Of a DNA stretch of 64,000 nucleotides, positions 49,166 to 58,755 are shown piece after piece. Each line of letters starts with the position of its first letter. Position 1 is the first letter of the stretch. Where the stretch lies: the NCBI GenBank assembly GCA_965200315.1, contig OZ241362.1, positions 4,640,001 to 4,704,000 of the forward strand, given 5' to 3'. The position numbers were made by a program, and so were the translations under genes. The notes under the pieces were generated by a model, which searched no databases, was not told the origin of the DNA, and saw only the letters and a list, made by a program, of their open reading frames with translations. Origin of the DNA: Candidatus Latescibacterota bacterium. Its GTDB lineage: Bacteria > Latescibacterota > UBA2968 > UBA8231.

Positions 49166-51100
49166 CTAGTTTCCGTACAGCGGGTGCCCCTGCCCGGGGA
49201 ACCAAATCATATCGATGCAAAAAGACAGGCCAATCGCGGTGAAATACCCGAGGATGAGGCCGATGAAAAAGGGCTGGGCGCGGTGGTAGAGGCCGATGCC
49301 GCCCGAGCGCATGATGGCCCATTTGGCCAGCCAAGAGACGAAGATCGAAAAGACGATAATGGTCATGGGGTAGGAACAGATGCCGACCGGCATGCCGATC
49401 GGGTGCAGGGGCCACCACGAGAAGCGGTAGCGCATAAAGGTCAGCAACCCCATTGCGCCCGCGCCGCTTAGGAGGTGGCCCAATCGCGTCCAGTCTGGAG
49501 CCTTGAGGTCGATTTTGCGCAGGCTTTCCACGTAGGGCACTTGCGAGCCGGTGCCGAATATCCACCCCCCGTAGTTGTACGCGCCAAAGGAGTAGCCCAT
49601 GTAGAGCGCGAAGGCCATAGAGACGACGAGGGCCACTAGCGCCGAGAAGAGTATGAAAAAGCTCAGCCAGCGGCGGCTTCGACCGGAGCTCAGCCGAGGG
49701 TTGCCGCGAATGTGGCCGGACACCTTGGCGCTGTTGGCCGCGGCGACCATGAAGAAGCCCTTGAGCTCGTGGTGCCAGCCATAGGACAGCCCCATGACGA
49801 TGTTGCTCTGCGCGGTGGCGTGCGGCCCAAGCGCGTAGCCAACGAAGGTTTGGCCAACTAGCGGGGCGCGGCTGAAGAGCAAGCCACCTTCCATGATGAT
49901 GCGCGTAATGCCGACGTAGAGGACCAAGGTGGCCAAGATGAAGAGCGCGACCGTGGGCGGGTTCATGCCGGCGCGCCACATCGAGAAGGCGATGTAGAGC
50001 AGGGCCAACCCGCCGCCAAAGACGATCATCCGGTAGGACATCAGCTCGTCGGTGTCGTCGATGTCCGCATCGTTGCGCATGGCTTTGCGCCAGATCGCGC
50101 CGAGGTGCCCACGCGCCATCCACAGCATCCCGACGACGAGGGCGATCAAGGCACCGAAAGACTGCCAGCCGATGCCGGGATGCCCAAGGGTGTACACGTC
50201 GCGGCCAGCGATCGCGTAGCCAAAGCGGTTGAACAGGCCCTGTTGCAGCATGGTGAGCGCGGTGAAAAACCACATGCTGAACGACACGTCGAGGTTGACA
50301 AAGTACGTGAAGCCGACGATGGCCCAGTTGACGTTGGTGTTGATGGCGGGAAATTCGCGGCCAATGCGGATGGGGTCAGAAAGATCGCGCGGGATGGGCG
50401 GGAAGGCCGGGGTAAAGTACGTGACCACGTTCCACATAACCATGCAGAAGGGCAGGGCAAAGCCGAACCAGAATGCCTTTTGGCGCACAAAGCTGGGCCA
50501 GTTAGAGCCGGGCGGCGGGGCGATGAGCTGTTGGGGCAATTCCATCAGGGCGAAGGGCAGGCGCTCGTATTCGACCCACTGCTTGCGCAGGGCCGCGACC
50601 ATGCACTGACACAAAAAGAAGATGGCCATCACCAAGCTGGTCCACCAAAAAAGCGGCACGATCCAAGCACCCCAAGGGATGGATTCGCCCGCGGGCAGGC
50701 CGTTGTAGAACCACTTGAGGGCAATCGCGTCGTTGGGCACCAGCCATTCCTCGATGTACTGCACCACCTTGCTCTGCCACTGATTTTCGGGCGAGGCAAA
50801 GTACTGGGGAGCGGCGATGACTGCGATCATGTACGTGGAAGTGCCCCAGGTGGGAATTGAGGCCCCCACTAAGGACATGATGAAGATGAGGCCCAGTTCG
50901 CTGGTGCTCAGGCCGCGCACTTTTAGCAGCGACTTGGCCGTGGCGTTGAGAAAGACCAAGCCGGTAAAGAGAAAGACCACGCTCAAGGGCAAATAGCTGA
51001 TCGCCCACTGCGAGGACTTGAGGATGAACATGCTGTACGGGGCCCCAATGTTGATCAAGATCACGAGGCCCAAGCCGATGAGGAAGGCGCGTGCGGTCAT
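49166..51100 (-). CDS. Polytopic membrane protein, DUF6785/DUF6784-type (OPT-related)
   Basis: 644 aa; IPWGAW..P, RKQWVEYERLPFAL, WWPLHPIG, PFFIGLILG. Family name from recall. Confidence 0.65.
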   Translation of the reverse strand: MTARAFLIGLGLVILINIGAPYSMFILKSSQWAISYLPLSVVFLFTGLVFLNATAKSLLKVRGLSTSELGLIFIMSLVGASIPTWGTSTYMIAVIAAPQYFASPENQWQSKVVQYIEEWLVPNDAIALKWFYNGLPAGESIPWGAWIVPLFWWTSLVMAIFFLCQCMVAALRKQWVEYERLPFALMELPQQLIAPPPGSNWPSFVRQKAFWFGFALPFCMVMWNVVTYFTPAFPPIPRDLSDPIRIGREFPAINTNVNWAIVGFTYFVNLDVSFSMWFFTALTMLQQGLFNRFGYAIAGRDVYTLGHPGIGWQSFGALIALVVGMLWMARGHLGAIWRKAMRNDADIDDTDELMSYRMIVFGGGLALLYIAFSMWRAGMNPPTVALFILATLVLYVGITRIIMEGGLLFSRAPLVGQTFVGYALGPHATAQSNIVMGLSYGWHHELKGFFMVAAANSAKVSGHIRGNPRLSSGRSRRWLSFFILFSALVALVVSMAFALYMGYSFGAYNYGGWIFGTGSQVPYVESLRKIDLKAPDWTRLGHLLSGAGAMGLLTFMRYRFSWWPLHPIGMPVGICSYPMTIIVFSIFVSWLAKWAIMRSGGIGLYHRAQPFFIGLILGYFTAIGLSFCIDMIWFPGQGHPLYGN

Positions 51101-51258
51101 GTTGGCTGCCCGGTGCTACAGAGGGCAACGGACGGCACCCGCTTTCGGTACTCTTGGCTGATTCCCGGCGACCGGAGTGGCCACGCGAGGAACCGCTCGC
51201 AAAGCATCTTGAGGATTTGGCTCATCCCCCCTCGATCTTCTTGCGACTCTTCATGGCT

Positions 51259-51639
51259 TCAAACCTCCATGGTGGCCACGTCGTATTGCGAAATGTGGCC
51301 GTCCCGGGTCACGAGGATCAGCCCTTCGGCCCGGGCTTGAGCAATCAGGAACCGATCGAATGGATCCCGGTGGTGCATCGGGAGGTGGCCGGCCTGCTCA
51401 GCGTGATGGAACGTCAGCGGAAGGTGAGTGAAGCCCCTTTCCTCAACCAACACCGACAGATTGTCTGGAGCGACTAAGCGCCCCTTTGCCCGCTTGACCG
51501 CGATTTCCCACCCGGTGATGGCGCTGACGAAGACGTCATTGTGCGGATCGGCGATTGTGGCACGGATATCTTCGGCCAGTTGCTCAACATCGGATAGGCA
51601 CCACAAGAGGGTGTGGGTATCCAACAGTAGCCGCGACAT
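51259..51639 (-). CDS. vapC: PIN-domain toxin
   Basis: LLLDTHTLLW, SAITGWEI, HRDPFDRFLIAQA, TRD. Confidence 0.93.
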   Translation of the reverse strand: MSRLLLDTHTLLWCLSDVEQLAEDIRATIADPHNDVFVSAITGWEIAVKRAKGRLVAPDNLSVLVEERGFTHLPLTFHHAEQAGHLPMHHRDPFDRFLIAQARAEGLILVTRDGHISQYDVATMEV

Positions 51640-51641
51640 TG

Positions 51642-51896
51642 CTAGCGCTTATCTGGAAAAATTTTCGCGTTCTCCACTAGGTCCATGAGCTCTTCATCAG
51701 GATCGTCAAAGTCTGGAGACATCCAAATCTTTCCCTCTAGCCCACCAAGCTGACGTTCCTCTAGGCGATCCCGATACGGTTCCAGCCGCAAATACGGCTC
51801 GCCGGCCTTGGCGATCACAACTTCTTCCCCGGCCCAAGCCAACCTGCCTAGGCGCGAAAGTTGCGATTTGGCCTCGTGCATGTTCACCTTTAGCAT
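51642..51896 (-). CDS. Phd/YefM family antitoxin
   Basis: VNMHEAKSQLSRL, GEEVVIAKAG, SPDFD. Confidence 0.92.
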   Translation of the reverse strand: MLKVNMHEAKSQLSRLGRLAWAGEEVVIAKAGEPYLRLEPYRDRLEERQLGGLEGKIWMSPDFDDPDEELMDLVENAKIFPDKR

Positions 51897-51910
51897 TATA
51901 GTTCCTCCGA

Positions 51911-51955
51911 TAGCTAAGTTAAGCTAAGTCTATTTTTGTGGCGGGGCCGTGTCAA
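51911..51955 (-). promoter_or_regulatory. Sigma70 promoter and probable autorepression operator of the TA pair
   Basis: TTGACA (51955-50)-17 bp-TAGACT (51932-27). Repeated AGCTAAGT boxes at 51912-51929 overlap the -10 and start region. Confidence 0.75.
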
Positions 51956-51993
51956 GGGCGCACGGCAAGCGGCCTAGCGAGCGAACTTTGGTC

Positions 51994-54900
51994 CTACACC
52001 GCCGCCGGCTCAGCCCCGGCAAACGCCTTTTCCACCTCGTCCTGATACCCTTGGCGAATCCCGGGCGACAGAGTGCGCCAGACGAGGAATCGCTTGCGTA
52101 GCACGTTGAGGAACTTGCGATTCATCCGCTGCCAAGAGGCCACGTCGCCGCTGAGGCGCTCGATGTGGGTCTCGATCTTGTAGATGCGGTGCTCGCCGGT
52201 GGGAGTTGCCTGTAGGCGCACCTGCTGGCTGATCCCGAGGTCGTAGGGTGCCAGCCAAGTGCGCATGGCAATGGCGTAGGATGGCTCCGGCCCGTTGGTG
52301 GCGACGGATAGCTCGACGTCGCGGGCGATGAAGTCGCCGATGGAGCCTTCTCCATAGGCGGCAAAGACCGACTTGAGATACACGTACATGCTCGGCACTT
52401 CGGCCCCGCCGACCGTGAAGGGAAAGTCAAAGTGCCAGTGGTCGCCAACGGGCGGGGGGAATTGCCATTGCCGCGTCACGTCTGGGACGGCCATGTTGGC
52501 CGCCATGCGCGCTGGATACAAGGTCGATAAATAGACCGTGCCGATGACTACTACCGTAGCCCACACCGCCGAGAGCGACGAGTAGTTGAGAGTCAGGCCG
52601 GCGAGTAGCCCGTATTGCAGCATGAACAGATGGGCGATCTGGCCCAAGGCATAGCCGACCACCGCACCGAAAGTGGCAAAGACCGTGGATTCGGCCAAAA
52701 ACAGCAGACCGATGTGGCTGGGGGCCAAGCCGACGACGCTGTAGATGCCGATTTCGCGCACGCGCTCGTACACGGCTCCCATCATGGTATTGAGCACGAT
52801 CAAGGCAGCGATGATCACCGGCACCAAAAGCTGGCCGGCTCCGCTTATTTCGGTGGAGCCGATCGAGCTGTAGGCCACGACGCGGTCGCCTTGGCCGACG
52901 AACAAGGTCAGCGCCACCCGCGACATAAAGGACTCCACGCGCTGGACGAATTCCGGGTCGTCCGCGTCTGCGGCGATGGCGATGGAGCGCAGGCGGCCAT
53001 CCATGGCGCGGACGCGCTGGTAGGGTAAGAAGAGGGTGTTGATTACTTCGAGGTGGTTGAAGGTCTCGACCGCGGTGGCGGCCAAGGTGCGCGGGTCTTC
53101 GGTGCTTTCGCGGGTGATGAGGCCGGCGTCTTTGACCGTATCCACCGGTGTCAGGCGCTCGCCATCGAGATCGACGACCTCTTTTAGGGCCGCGCTGTCG
53201 AATAGGCCGATGACTTGGTACTCTTCTCCGTAGAGTGCGATGGAAGCCATGCCCACATCCTCGGCGCCAATGCCGACGAGCGCGGCTAGGCTGTCGGGCA
53301 AAATGACGGCCTGGTCGTCGCCGGTCGCAAAGAAGCGGCCAGCCGAGAGGTGCGCGTCGAGGCCCGTTACTTTGGCTTCAGCCGGCTGCAATCCCACCAA
53401 GCCGTGCGCGAAACTAGCCGCGCCGGTCGCGGTGGCGGCAAAGTCGATGTAGGCCCGTTCGGATTCGACCGGCGACAAGTACCAGGCGCGCGGCACGACC
53501 AAGCCGCGGTCGCCGAATGCGCTCTGCACGTAGTCCAAGATGGAATCCTGCATGCCGCGCCAAGCGCGGTCGCGGATGAGGCCGCCCTCGTATAGGGGCG
53601 AGGTATCGCGCGGCAGGCGATAGAAGTCGAAATTGGACTTGACCGAGGTAAAGGAATTGACGGTAAAGGTCAAAAAGGTCAGGGTCGCGGCTGTCAGCGC
53701 GGTGCGCAGGCGGCGTTTGCTCAAGTTGGAAATGCCCAACAGCACGGCCGCAAAACCTGCGGCAATGCGCCCCACGTCAGTCTCATGTACGCCCGCGGCC
53801 GCGCCCTTGCGCCGCTGCAAAAGCGCCTTGAAGCGAGTGACGACGATAAAGATGACGAGGACGCCTAAGGCGAGGATGACAAACGCGAGGAAGATGATGT
53901 ACGGCGAGCTGCTCAGCTTGAAGGCCGGATGGACGAAACGCAGTATCAGAAACACGAGGACGAAGATGCCGACAAAGCCGGCGATTTGCCGCCGCACGTC
54001 CGGGAAGCCGAAGAAAAACCGCTCGCAGAAGAAGGCAAAGGGCAACAGGAGCGCGAAGTAGAAAATCACCGCCCGGACCGCGTCGTTGGCGGTGGCCTTG
54101 ACTTGCGGGTAGATGCGGGCCTCTAGCCCGAGGGCGCGGCGCACTGCGCGTTGGTAGCCGGTGTAATCGAAGGCCGCGAGTTTGTCGCGGGCCTCAATCA
54201 GGGCCTCCCGCGCTCGATCGTGCATGGCTTGTAGCTGTTCGAGGACGATGCCGTGGCGCACCATTTGTTTGATCCGCGCCTCGTCGATGATCCAGATATC
54301 GCGGGCCGCCTGCAATGCCGGATAGGGGATGAGTCCCTGTTCAACGGGGAAGCCCTCGCCCTGTGCCCGCTCAATGGTCGCCAGATCGACGCGGGCTGGA
54401 TCGAGGTCGGCGAACAGGGTGGAGTCTGCGTTGGTGAGCATGTAGCGCACGCCGGCGAGTGCGCTCTCGCCGCCAAAGGCTCCTTCGCCGGCGAGGATTT
54501 TGACGCGGGTACCCGGCTCGGCAAACACCACGCCGGCCTGCACCACCCGGTCCTGCACTGCGCTCTGGTTTTCGATGTAGCTGAGGGAAAAAGAGCGCGG
54601 CGGCGCGTCGTTGGTGCCGAGGACGTTGACGCGGTCCATGGCCGACAGATAGCGCGGATCGACCACCTCCAAGAAGCTCAGGGCGCGGCAGCGAAACAGG
54701 ACCTGCAACATGCGGTTTTCCCACCAGCCATAGGGCTGGGTGCCCGGATAGGTTTTGTCGCCCTCTTCGCCGAGGTCGGGCGCGGAGACGATGCGCCCGT
54801 ATTCGTCGAGTTCAAAGGCTTGGATCCGGTTGGCAAAGCGGTTGCGCACGATGTCGAACTTGAAGTAGCCGCTCTCGTCTCCGTGCGTGGCCATCAGCGT

Positions 54901-56589
54901 GCGGACGCCGGCCACCGAGTTGGGGCCGGGCTGGAGATAGGTGACGAGGGCGTTGGGCACCGGGGCTTTGGGCACGGCAAAATTCACGTCGCGGTCAAAC
55001 CAATAGATGCTGCCCTCTAGGCTGTGCCCCCAATCGCGCAGGGTCAGCTTGGTGTCGTTGAAGAAATCTGGGTCGGAAGCGGCCTTGAGCATTAGCCCAG
55101 CTATGGTGCGGGTCTGTTCGGCGAGGTTGTCGAGCGCGACGAATTCGAGCCGGTCTAGGGGCGTATCGACGCGCTGGCGCAGTTGGTTGGGCGTGACAAA
55201 AGAAAGCGCCTCTTTGCCCACGAAAGCCGCGGCCTCGCTGTCGAGGCCCAGCCGCACGGGCATGAAGTTTTTCCACACCCGCTTCTGAGGGGCGATGGCG
55301 TCTTGGTAGCGAGCCGAGTCGGCGAAAATCTCGCGGCTATAGCGGGCAAAGCGCATCGCGTAGTGAGCCATCAAATTCTTCTGATAGTCGTCGTTGCGCC
55401 AAGCCGAGTTGTAGAACGTGCCCATGGTGAAACTGCCGACTTGGGGGCTGTGGCTGGCCAAGTCGAGGCCGACGAAGAGGCGGAAATCGATGCGTTCAGC
55501 CGGCGGAATCTGGTCGCGGAAATGCTCGCTTTTGCGTGCGTGGCGGTAGAGGAAATCGTTGACGCCGGCCAAGCCCTGAAAGTGCCCGGGGGTAGCCAAA
55601 AAGAGCACTGTGTAGCGGGTGCCTTCGGCGACGAGCAAACGCGCGATTTCGAGCAGCGCGGCCATGCCGGTCGCGCTCTCGGCCCCTGGAGCCAGCGCCG
55701 GGACGACCGAGATCGCGTCGTAGTGCGCTTGCAGGACGATGATTTGCTCGTCCCACTGCTGGATTTCGTGGCGCTGACCGCGCGGCATGTCCTCGGCCAA
55801 GCCGCGCAGGACGGCGAATATATTGCGCGCTTGGACCTGCTCCCAGTCCATGCGCGCTTCGAGATGCACTTGGGAGTCGCCGCTGCGCGCTTGCTGCCGC
55901 AGGATTTCCGCGCCCGCCGCTTCGACCCAAAAGCGCGGGATATCCACGGGCACTTGGAGGAATTTTTCCGCGGCCTCGCTGCGCGTGACGCGGCCATCGT
56001 CGTACAGCAAGACCGCTTGTGCGCCCAAGGCCCGCGCTTGGACATAGGAGTTGCCCGAGCCAAACCCCATCAGCGCAACGCTGCCGGCTAGCCGTTTCCC
56101 ATCCATCTCGGCTAAGCTGCCGCGCCCCAAGTCGATGAGGTGGCCGGAGATGCCGCCCGGCGGCAGGGACGGCGAGCGCACGTGGTTGGGCCACAATCCG
56201 TAGATGGGGATGGTTTCGTCCGCGCCGATCAAGCGCAGCCGACCGCCGCGATCTAGGGGGACGGAAAGAGGGAAAGATTCGCTGGTGACTTGCAGGCCGA
56301 GGCGGCGGAATTCCCCTTCGATATAGCGAGCCGCGTTAGTGGCCCCGGCATAGCCGGTAACGCGGGACGAGTCCGCGGTGAGGATGCGGAGGTGGTGCTC
56401 TAAGTCGGCGGCGTTTATTTGCGCGACCGCTTCGCGCAGCGAGGGCGCTTCGTCGGTCGCTGGGGCTTCGCGCAGGGGTTCCCAGCCAATGGCCCGTTCA
56501 ATCCAGCGGGAAATGGTGGCTGGATCAAAGACCGTAACCGATAGGAGGAAGAAGGCCGCGGTGGCGAATAGGAGGGATTTGGTCAGCAT
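51994..56589 (-). CDS. 1531-aa fusion: PA + M28 peptidase-like ectodomain, extra TMs, MacB/FtsX-like permease
   Basis: SRVTGY, AHYDA..PGAES..GMAALLE; then three TMs, RRLRTALT, a periplasmic domain, and NTMMGAVYERVREIGI...GL...LFLAES (FtsX signature). Confidence 0.8.
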   Translation of the reverse strand: MLTKSLLFATAAFFLLSVTVFDPATISRWIERAIGWEPLREAPATDEAPSLREAVAQINAADLEHHLRILTADSSRVTGYAGATNAARYIEGEFRRLGLQVTSESFPLSVPLDRGGRLRLIGADETIPIYGLWPNHVRSPSLPPGGISGHLIDLGRGSLAEMDGKRLAGSVALMGFGSGNSYVQARALGAQAVLLYDDGRVTRSEAAEKFLQVPVDIPRFWVEAAGAEILRQQARSGDSQVHLEARMDWEQVQARNIFAVLRGLAEDMPRGQRHEIQQWDEQIIVLQAHYDAISVVPALAPGAESATGMAALLEIARLLVAEGTRYTVLFLATPGHFQGLAGVNDFLYRHARKSEHFRDQIPPAERIDFRLFVGLDLASHSPQVGSFTMGTFYNSAWRNDDYQKNLMAHYAMRFARYSREIFADSARYQDAIAPQKRVWKNFMPVRLGLDSEAAAFVGKEALSFVTPNQLRQRVDTPLDRLEFVALDNLAEQTRTIAGLMLKAASDPDFFNDTKLTLRDWGHSLEGSIYWFDRDVNFAVPKAPVPNALVTYLQPGPNSVAGVRTLMATHGDESGYFKFDIVRNRFANRIQAFELDEYGRIVSAPDLGEEGDKTYPGTQPYGWWENRMLQVLFRCRALSFLEVVDPRYLSAMDRVNVLGTNDAPPRSFSLSYIENQSAVQDRVVQAGVVFAEPGTRVKILAGEGAFGGESALAGVRYMLTNADSTLFADLDPARVDLATIERAQGEGFPVEQGLIPYPALQAARDIWIIDEARIKQMVRHGIVLEQLQAMHDRAREALIEARDKLAAFDYTGYQRAVRRALGLEARIYPQVKATANDAVRAVIFYFALLLPFAFFCERFFFGFPDVRRQIAGFVGIFVLVFLILRFVHPAFKLSSSPYIIFLAFVILALGVLVIFIVVTRFKALLQRRKGAAAGVHETDVGRIAAGFAAVLLGISNLSKRRLRTALTAATLTFLTFTVNSFTSVKSNFDFYRLPRDTSPLYEGGLIRDRAWRGMQDSILDYVQSAFGDRGLVVPRAWYLSPVESERAYIDFAATATGAASFAHGLVGLQPAEAKVTGLDAHLSAGRFFATGDDQAVILPDSLAALVGIGAEDVGMASIALYGEEYQVIGLFDSAALKEVVDLDGERLTPVDTVKDAGLITRESTEDPRTLAATAVETFNHLEVINTLFLPYQRVRAMDGRLRSIAIAADADDPEFVQRVESFMSRVALTLFVGQGDRVVAYSSIGSTEISGAGQLLVPVIIAALIVLNTMMGAVYERVREIGIYSVVGLAPSHIGLLFLAESTVFATFGAVVGYALGQIAHLFMLQYGLLAGLTLNYSSLSAVWATVVVIGTVYLSTLYPARMAANMAVPDVTRQWQFPPPVGDHWHFDFPFTVGGAEVPSMYVYLKSVFAAYGEGSIGDFIARDVELSVATNGPEPSYAIAMRTWLAPYDLGISQQVRLQATPTGEHRIYKIETHIERLSGDVASWQRMNRKFLNVLRKRFLVWRTLSPGIRQGYQDEVEKAFAGAEPAAV

Positions 56590-56660
56590 TAAACGGGTGC
56601 CGGACAGAAAAAGCGGCAGGCCGCGGCCTGCCGCTAGGCTATGCAGCTTGGCCGACTCGG

Positions 56661-57425
56661 CTAGTTGGCCGCCAACTTGTCGATGTTTTTGAGCTTCTTA
56701 ATGTCGCGCTTGAAGCGGAAGCGGAGGTCAATAGTCTCCAGCGGTTCGTTGCGGAAGTTGTAGCGCAGCCCAAATTCGGGAATCTCGACGGCGATTTCGG
56801 CGACGTCGTCGTGAATCTTGGGGAAGACCACGTAGCCTTCGACCTCTTGCCCTGAGAAGCAAAACTCGTCGTCTGGGTACTTGGCTTGGTTGTAGAGGTC
56901 GCGGCGCTCGTCGAAGCGCATATAGCCCAAACCGTTGAAGGCTAGGGGGAAACGCCGGAAGTACTCCTCTACATCGTAACTGCCCCAAGGATAATAGTGC
57001 CGCCCATTGGCCGACTCCACGTTCACCATCAGCGGATCGAACTTAACTTTGGGATATTCGTAGTTTTTGACCGTGATCTTGAAGATGGACAAGCGCTGTG
57101 GTGCTTGGCCCGTGCGCGGATCGATCCAATTGCCATAGGTGAATGGGTTGGACGGTAGCTCGTCAGTCGGGCCGCTGGCATTGGTAGATTGGGCCGGGTA
57201 CTGGCGATTGATCTCCTCGTCGTTCATGGGCCGCACGGACACTTCGAGGCGGTTCTGCACGAAGGTGACCGTGCCGTCGTCGAGGATTTTCATGCTCGAT
57301 CCTTGAACATCGGTCTGCTGCTGGGTCACCTCAAAGGGCTGAAACTGCCCGGGAACGAGGTAGTGGCCACAGCCCAACAAAAGGGCCGCAGCGACGAGGA
57401 TGGAAATTTTTTTGCAAGCGTACAT
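56661..57425 (-). CDS. Hypothetical lipoprotein
   Basis: Start MYACKK after a GAGGAG RBS; lipobox LLGC; beta-rich body. Confidence 0.75.
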   Translation of the reverse strand: MYACKKISILVAAALLLGCGHYLVPGQFQPFEVTQQQTDVQGSSMKILDDGTVTFVQNRLEVSVRPMNDEEINRQYPAQSTNASGPTDELPSNPFTYGNWIDPRTGQAPQRLSIFKITVKNYEYPKVKFDPLMVNVESANGRHYYPWGSYDVEEYFRRFPLAFNGLGYMRFDERRDLYNQAKYPDDEFCFSGQEVEGYVVFPKIHDDVAEIAVEIPEFGLRYNFRNEPLETIDLRFRFKRDIKKLKNIDKLAAN

Positions 57426-57447
57426 GGAACACTCCTCTCTGACAAGC

Positions 57448-58755
57448 TCATAGCTCGACTGGATTGGCAGCCTGTCTGCGTCGGGAGACAAATTCCCCCA
57501 ATTGCCCTTCCTCCACCACCACGACCGCGGCGTATTTTTCGCGCAATTGCTCAATGTAGCGGTCGAACAGGGGCGCGGCTTGGGCATCGCGCAGATCGCG
57601 TGCGACTTGCGCTTGTAGTTCCCGCCCGAGCGCGCCTGAGCGGGCGTAGCGTTGCGCGTTGGCCTCGTAAAAGGTGCGCACCTCGGCAGGGTCAAGCTGA
57701 ATATGTGCGAAAATTTCTCGCTCCCACAAGGCTTGGATTAGCTTCTGTTGGCGCACTTTTGCGCGGCGCGATTCCAACTCGGCGTCCAGACCGTGCTTGT
57801 GCGCCTCCTGCGGTAGAATCTGGTCGGCGACAAAGGCCCGCGTCACCTTGAATCCGAGGGTGCTGACATCGGTCGGCTGCGACCCGGCGGCTGCCCCAAG
57901 CCGGGCGAGGGCCTGCTGGTAGTCCCCGACGCTCCAGGCGCCCGCAGCACTGCGAACCAACCGCACCTCCGGCCGCGCCGCGCCCGCGGCGACCTGCCGC
58001 AACGCGGCCGTATCTAACTGCACGGTGTGCTGGCTGGTCAACCGCTCTAGATAGGCTAGGTTCGCCTGTTGCTTCTTGTGCCGAGTTAGGGCCGCTTCCA
58101 CGAGCGGGCGGCGGTCTGCCAACGAGACGGTGCGCTCGGCTGCAATGGCTACCACTAAAAATTGACCGTCAGTTTCTACCAATTCAACGGTCCCCACTTC
58201 CTGCAGGAACAGGGCGGCTGTGCGCACGTCGCCCGCGTTGAGCGCGTTGAGCCACCCGCTCTCGCTCCACTCCCCGTCCAAATCCAATCCCTCTTGAGCC
58301 TTTCTAAGTGCCGCCAAGGCTGCGGCCCGCTCGCGCACAGGCAAACGCCGCAAGCGAATTTCGCGGCCCCCGCCCGATTCGGCGAAGAATTCCGCTAGCT
58401 CCGTTTCCGTATAAGTCAACTGCTCGCCCATCTCGCGTGTGAGCAAAGCCTCGACCCGTTCTTTGCGCTCCCAAGCCGCCATCTCATCCGCGACCGCTTC
58501 GTCTAGCCCTTGGGCCTGCGCTTCGAGCAGCAGCAGCTCTTTGTCGATGAGGGCCTGCAATTGGCGACGCCAATCCGCAAGCGGCTGGGCTTGGCTGCCG
58601 GCGGGTAGCTTTTCTAGCGCAGCCGCAAAATCCCGCTCGCTAATCGCGGCCTCGCCCACTCGGGCTAAGATCGCCGACGCGCTTTCGGGCGGCGCGTCGG
58701 CGCAGGCCATAAAGCCCAAGGCTAAGATGACCGTCTGCGGCTTTAGAAGCTCCAT
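57448..58755 (-). CDS. SurA/PrsA-like chaperone lipoprotein with degenerate PPIase region
   Basis: Signal ending FMAC; ILARVGEAAIS, LIDKELLLLEAQAQGLD, EVRTFYEAN, YIEQLREKY. The chaperone-like module occurs twice. Confidence 0.65.
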   Translation of the reverse strand: MELLKPQTVILALGFMACADAPPESASAILARVGEAAISERDFAAALEKLPAGSQAQPLADWRRQLQALIDKELLLLEAQAQGLDEAVADEMAAWERKERVEALLTREMGEQLTYTETELAEFFAESGGGREIRLRRLPVRERAAALAALRKAQEGLDLDGEWSESGWLNALNAGDVRTAALFLQEVGTVELVETDGQFLVVAIAAERTVSLADRRPLVEAALTRHKKQQANLAYLERLTSQHTVQLDTAALRQVAAGAARPEVRLVRSAAGAWSVGDYQQALARLGAAAGSQPTDVSTLGFKVTRAFVADQILPQEAHKHGLDAELESRRAKVRQQKLIQALWEREIFAHIQLDPAEVRTFYEANAQRYARSGALGRELQAQVARDLRDAQAAPLFDRYIEQLREKYAAVVVVEEGQLGEFVSRRRQAANPVEL

